Positions 33,649 through 35,818 of a DNA stretch of 35,818 bases are shown here, piece after piece. The notes under the pieces were generated by a model. The model made no database searches. It was given only the letters and a program-made list of their open reading frames with translations, and was not told the DNA's origin. The stretch's first letter is position 1. Every line of letters starts with the position of its first letter. The position numbers and the translations under genes were made by a program. This DNA comes from a virus (Duplodnaviria > Caudoviricetes), in the IMG/VR virus record IMGVR_UViG_3300016665_000054, positions 1-35,818 of that record, one strand, 5' to 3'.

Positions 33649-34031
33649 CAAAACGGCGGTAGATCGTCGTCAAGGTCGTCGGGCTGGTAGCCGTTACCCT
33701 TGGCGATGTTGTGCTGGCTCATCGGCTTTGGTGCGTTGTCGGCACGGGATGCAAACTCCACATCAGTCACATCGACATTGAACTGTGTCTTGCCTTCATA
33801 CTCACCCATCTTGAGTTGCCCAGCTACAGTGACCTTCACGCCCTTGAGCAAGAACTGCTGGAGATTGACGGCCCGCTTGCCCCAGACGGAACAGCGATAC
33901 CAGTTGGTGCTTTTGCTGTCCCCATAGCCCTGTGTGACGCCCACAGGGAACGAAAGCACCTCGTCGCCCGCCTTAGTCCGCTTCAACTCCGCATCGCGCC
34001 CTAGAGCGCCCGTAATAACGATAATCTGCAT
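33648..34031 (-). CDS. ssb: Single-stranded DNA-binding protein
   Basis: ITGALGRDAELK, TNWYRCSVWGKRA..L..FLLKG.KV.V.G.L; acidic DDLDDDLPPF tail. Confidence 0.93.
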   Translation of the reverse strand: MQIIVITGALGRDAELKRTKAGDEVLSFPVGVTQGYGDSKSTNWYRCSVWGKRAVNLQQFLLKGVKVTVAGQLKMGEYEGKTQFNVDVTDVEFASRADNAPKPMSQHNIAKGNGYQPDDLDDDLPPF

Positions 34032-34032
34032 C

Positions 34033-34269
34033 TTACATCCCCAGTGCTGCAATGTAGGTATCAAGAACGGCTTCCCATTCCTGACGCTCGTGGCTTTCCA
34101 TCGCCCGTAGCTTGATGATCTGACGCATGATCTTTGGATCATATCCACGCGCTTTTGCCTCTGCATAGGCGTTGTTGATGTCCTCGGACGTTGCCTTTCT
34201 CTCTTCATTCAAATTTTCGATACGCTCGATCAAAAGCCGCAATTCATCGGCTGCTACCATCTCACTCAT
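34033..34269 (-). CDS. gapR: GapR / DUF2312 nucleoid-associated protein
   Basis: DELRLLIERIENL.EERK..SEDI...YAEAKARGYDPKIMRQIIKLR...E..E.EAVLDTY..ALGM. Confidence 0.9.
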   Translation of the reverse strand: MSEMVAADELRLLIERIENLNEERKATSEDINNAYAEAKARGYDPKIMRQIIKLRAMESHERQEWEAVLDTYIAALGM

Positions 34270-34642
34270 AATAATCACTCCATTTGACGCCATGCTTTGC
34301 GCCGTAGCTGTAGATAAATTCGATTATGTCAGACATTTGGGCTTTTGTTAGCTTTGACGAGTGAAAGCCGATCGGGAACGGCCTGCCATCCAGACCCTGT
34401 TCAAATGCGACCTCGTGGCCGCAGGCTTGCATAAACAAGCACTTCCAAACTTCTGGAACGTGACGCCTGCCTTCCGGCTTCGCGCGGCTAACGTCTGACA
34501 ACATTGCCCACATCTTTGCGTTCTGGTCGTCGCTCCGCTTCTCTGGGCTGATCTTCACCACTGCGTTTGCAGGGGCCTTGTCGATCAGTTTCTTAGCTAA
34601 CTCCCTTTGGTAATTCCCTAGCAGATGGACAACCTGTGTCAT
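34262..34642 (-). CDS. ninB: NinB-like recombination protein
   Basis: KRSDDQNAKMWAMLSDVS, WK.LF, SSKLTKAQMSDIIEFIYSYGA.HGVKW. Confidence 0.88.
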   Translation of the reverse strand: MTQVVHLLGNYQRELAKKLIDKAPANAVVKISPEKRSDDQNAKMWAMLSDVSRAKPEGRRHVPEVWKCLFMQACGHEVAFEQGLDGRPFPIGFHSSKLTKAQMSDIIEFIYSYGAKHGVKWSDYYE

Positions 34643-34644
34643 TT

Positions 34645-34986
34645 CTAATCTCCTTCATTCGCTTCTAACTTGTGCCGATGAGGGCTGGCTTTGAAAAACT
34701 CCATCGCCAAAGCCTTCATATCAATTCCGTGGGCTTTCTCAAATGTTTTCTCGCCCTGTTGATGCTGTTGTGCGTGGCAGGACTTGCAGAGCGATATGCA
34801 CCACCTGTCCGATGGCTTGATGCCCATGCCTCCGTCAGTGCCAACCCGAACGTGAGCAACCTCGATTGCCTCAGTCGATCCGCAGGCGGAGCAAGCAAAG
34901 CCACGGACCCAAGACCGATGAGCCGGGGACCGCTTGCCACGCTCCGCCTTGTCGGACTTGGTTTTAATCCGCTGCGGCAGAGGCAT
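34645..34986 (-). CDS. DUF968-like zinc-binding HNH-fold protein
   Basis: RSPAH..WVR...CSACG, AHVR...GMGIKPSD...SLC..CH..QH. Confidence 0.8.
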   Translation of the reverse strand: MPLPQRIKTKSDKAERGKRSPAHRSWVRGFACSACGSTEAIEVAHVRVGTDGGMGIKPSDRWCISLCKSCHAQQHQQGEKTFEKAHGIDMKALAMEFFKASPHRHKLEANEGD

Positions 34987-35252
34987 TACTGCGTCCTCCA
35001 GATGCGCACATATCCATTCATCTGGCGGCTGGTGTAACCAAAGTTCTCATCGAACACTTTCCGGTATCCGCAAGCTGCCGATGTAACCATGTTCTGACAC
35101 TGGATCAGCGTTTCCGATCCGCAATCCTCTGGCCGAACTGAGAAGCTATCTCCAACCTTCATCTTTGCAAACGGAAATTCTGGTCGGATATTCCGCTTCT
35201 TTGTCAGGCTCTTGTCACGCGCAATCGGGATGCCCTCTTCAATCTCAAACAT
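34986..35252 (-). CDS. Hypothetical conserved phage protein
   Basis: FEIEEGIPI...FPFAKMKVGDSF...VRIWRT motif; GAGG RBS. Confidence 0.75.
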   Translation of the reverse strand: MFEIEEGIPIARDKSLTKKRNIRPEFPFAKMKVGDSFSVRPEDCGSETLIQCQNMVTSAACGYRKVFDENFGYTSRQMNGYVRIWRTQ

Positions 35253-35253
35253 A

Positions 35254-35818
35254 TTAACCTCCCCATTCGTTGTTCAAGGCTTCAATGTCCTTCTCGACCT
35301 CCGTCAGAAAGTCAGCAACTTTGGCTTCCAATCCAGCAATAAGCGTATCATCTCGCTCAATGCGTGTGACAAACAATTGCAGATGCTTGGGCAGCCGGGG
35401 GTCGAACGACACGAAGTCACACCACTGCCGATCCGTGCAACGCATCTGCCACATCATCTGGTTGATATACTTGCTGGGAGCCTTCTTGGCCCGGAGCGTC
35501 TCGATGTGCGTTGTCGTGTTCGGACACTTAATCTCGATCAGGCCGTCATCCCCTACAAGGCCGTCAGGGCTTGCGTGAGTGTGTTTCAGGACTGGATGGA
35601 AGGCGATACCCATCTCATCCACAAAAACGCCTGTAGCGGCCTCGTAAGCCTTTCTGGCGTTATCCTCCTGATCGACACCCCATTGCATGGCCGCATTCTG
35701 ATATGTCTCAGCAGGGACGCCCGTAAGGCGCTCTGCGATGATGCGGTTCTTTAAGTTCTCTCTGGACGCACCCCAGCCGCTCTTTGTGGTGGCGAGGGCC
35801 TCGTTTAGCTGGCTGGCC
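35254..35818 (-). CDS. YqaJ/lambda-type exonuclease (3' part; 5' part at 59..1)
   Basis: AMQWG...E, HASPDGLVG..GLIEIKCP, Y..QM.WQM..T.R.WCDFVSFDPRLP. Confidence 0.93.
   Translation of the reverse strand, partial: ASQLNEALATTKSGWGASRENLKNRIIAERLTGVPAETYQNAAMQWGVDQEDNARKAYEAATGVFVDEMGIAFHPVLKHTHASPDGLVGDDGLIEIKCPNTTTHIETLRAKKAPSKYINQMMWQMRCTDRQWCDFVSFDPRLPKHLQLFVTRIERDDTLIAGLEAKVADFLTEVEKDIEALNNEWGG

Larger units (their letters stand above)
1..35818. mobile_element. Apparently complete, circularly permuted podovirus-like (P22-type portal/nozzle) bacteriophage genome
   Basis: Full set of packaging, head, short-tail, ejection, lysis, replication and recombination genes; no host genes; YqaJ ORF reads through the end/start junction. 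Confidence 0.93.

Overview
The window looks like a complete, circularly permuted ~35.8 kb podovirus-type phage genome: a YqaJ/lambda-exonuclease gene reads in frame across the 35818/1 junction. The likely host is an alphaproteobacterium (GapR homolog, apparent scarcity of GANTC sites). A divergent promoter pair at ~1550-1625 drives two early operons. The leftward one encodes ERF, HNH, YqaJ exonuclease, DUF968-like protein, NinB, GapR and SSB. The rightward one encodes a Cro-like HTH, DUF1064-like nuclease, DnaA_C-like HTH, a replication initiator with internal iteron-like repeats, an HNH and an array of small accessory genes. Late genes follow: TerS, TerL, a lectin-repeat virion protein, P22-like portal, scaffold, major capsid, adaptor, fibre, lysis cassette, metallophosphoesterase, P22 gp10-like nozzle, ejection proteins and an M15 peptidase. 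I found no integrase, CI repressor, polymerase, tRNA or CRISPR. The most unusual signals are: (i) intron-less HNH endonuclease genes that seem to have inserted just after the first codons of phage genes, leaving the old start as a stub and supplying a replacement N-terminus; (ii) two loci where divergent genes start back-to-back on one CATG, with the antisense gene's ribosome-binding site encoded in the sense gene's MAK(K)S codons; (iii) accessory genes bounded by direct repeats of the RBS/stop/start junction; (iv) a terminal late gene paired with a convergent small acidic ORF, resembling an effector-immunity pair. Family assignments come from motif recognition by eye, not from database searches.
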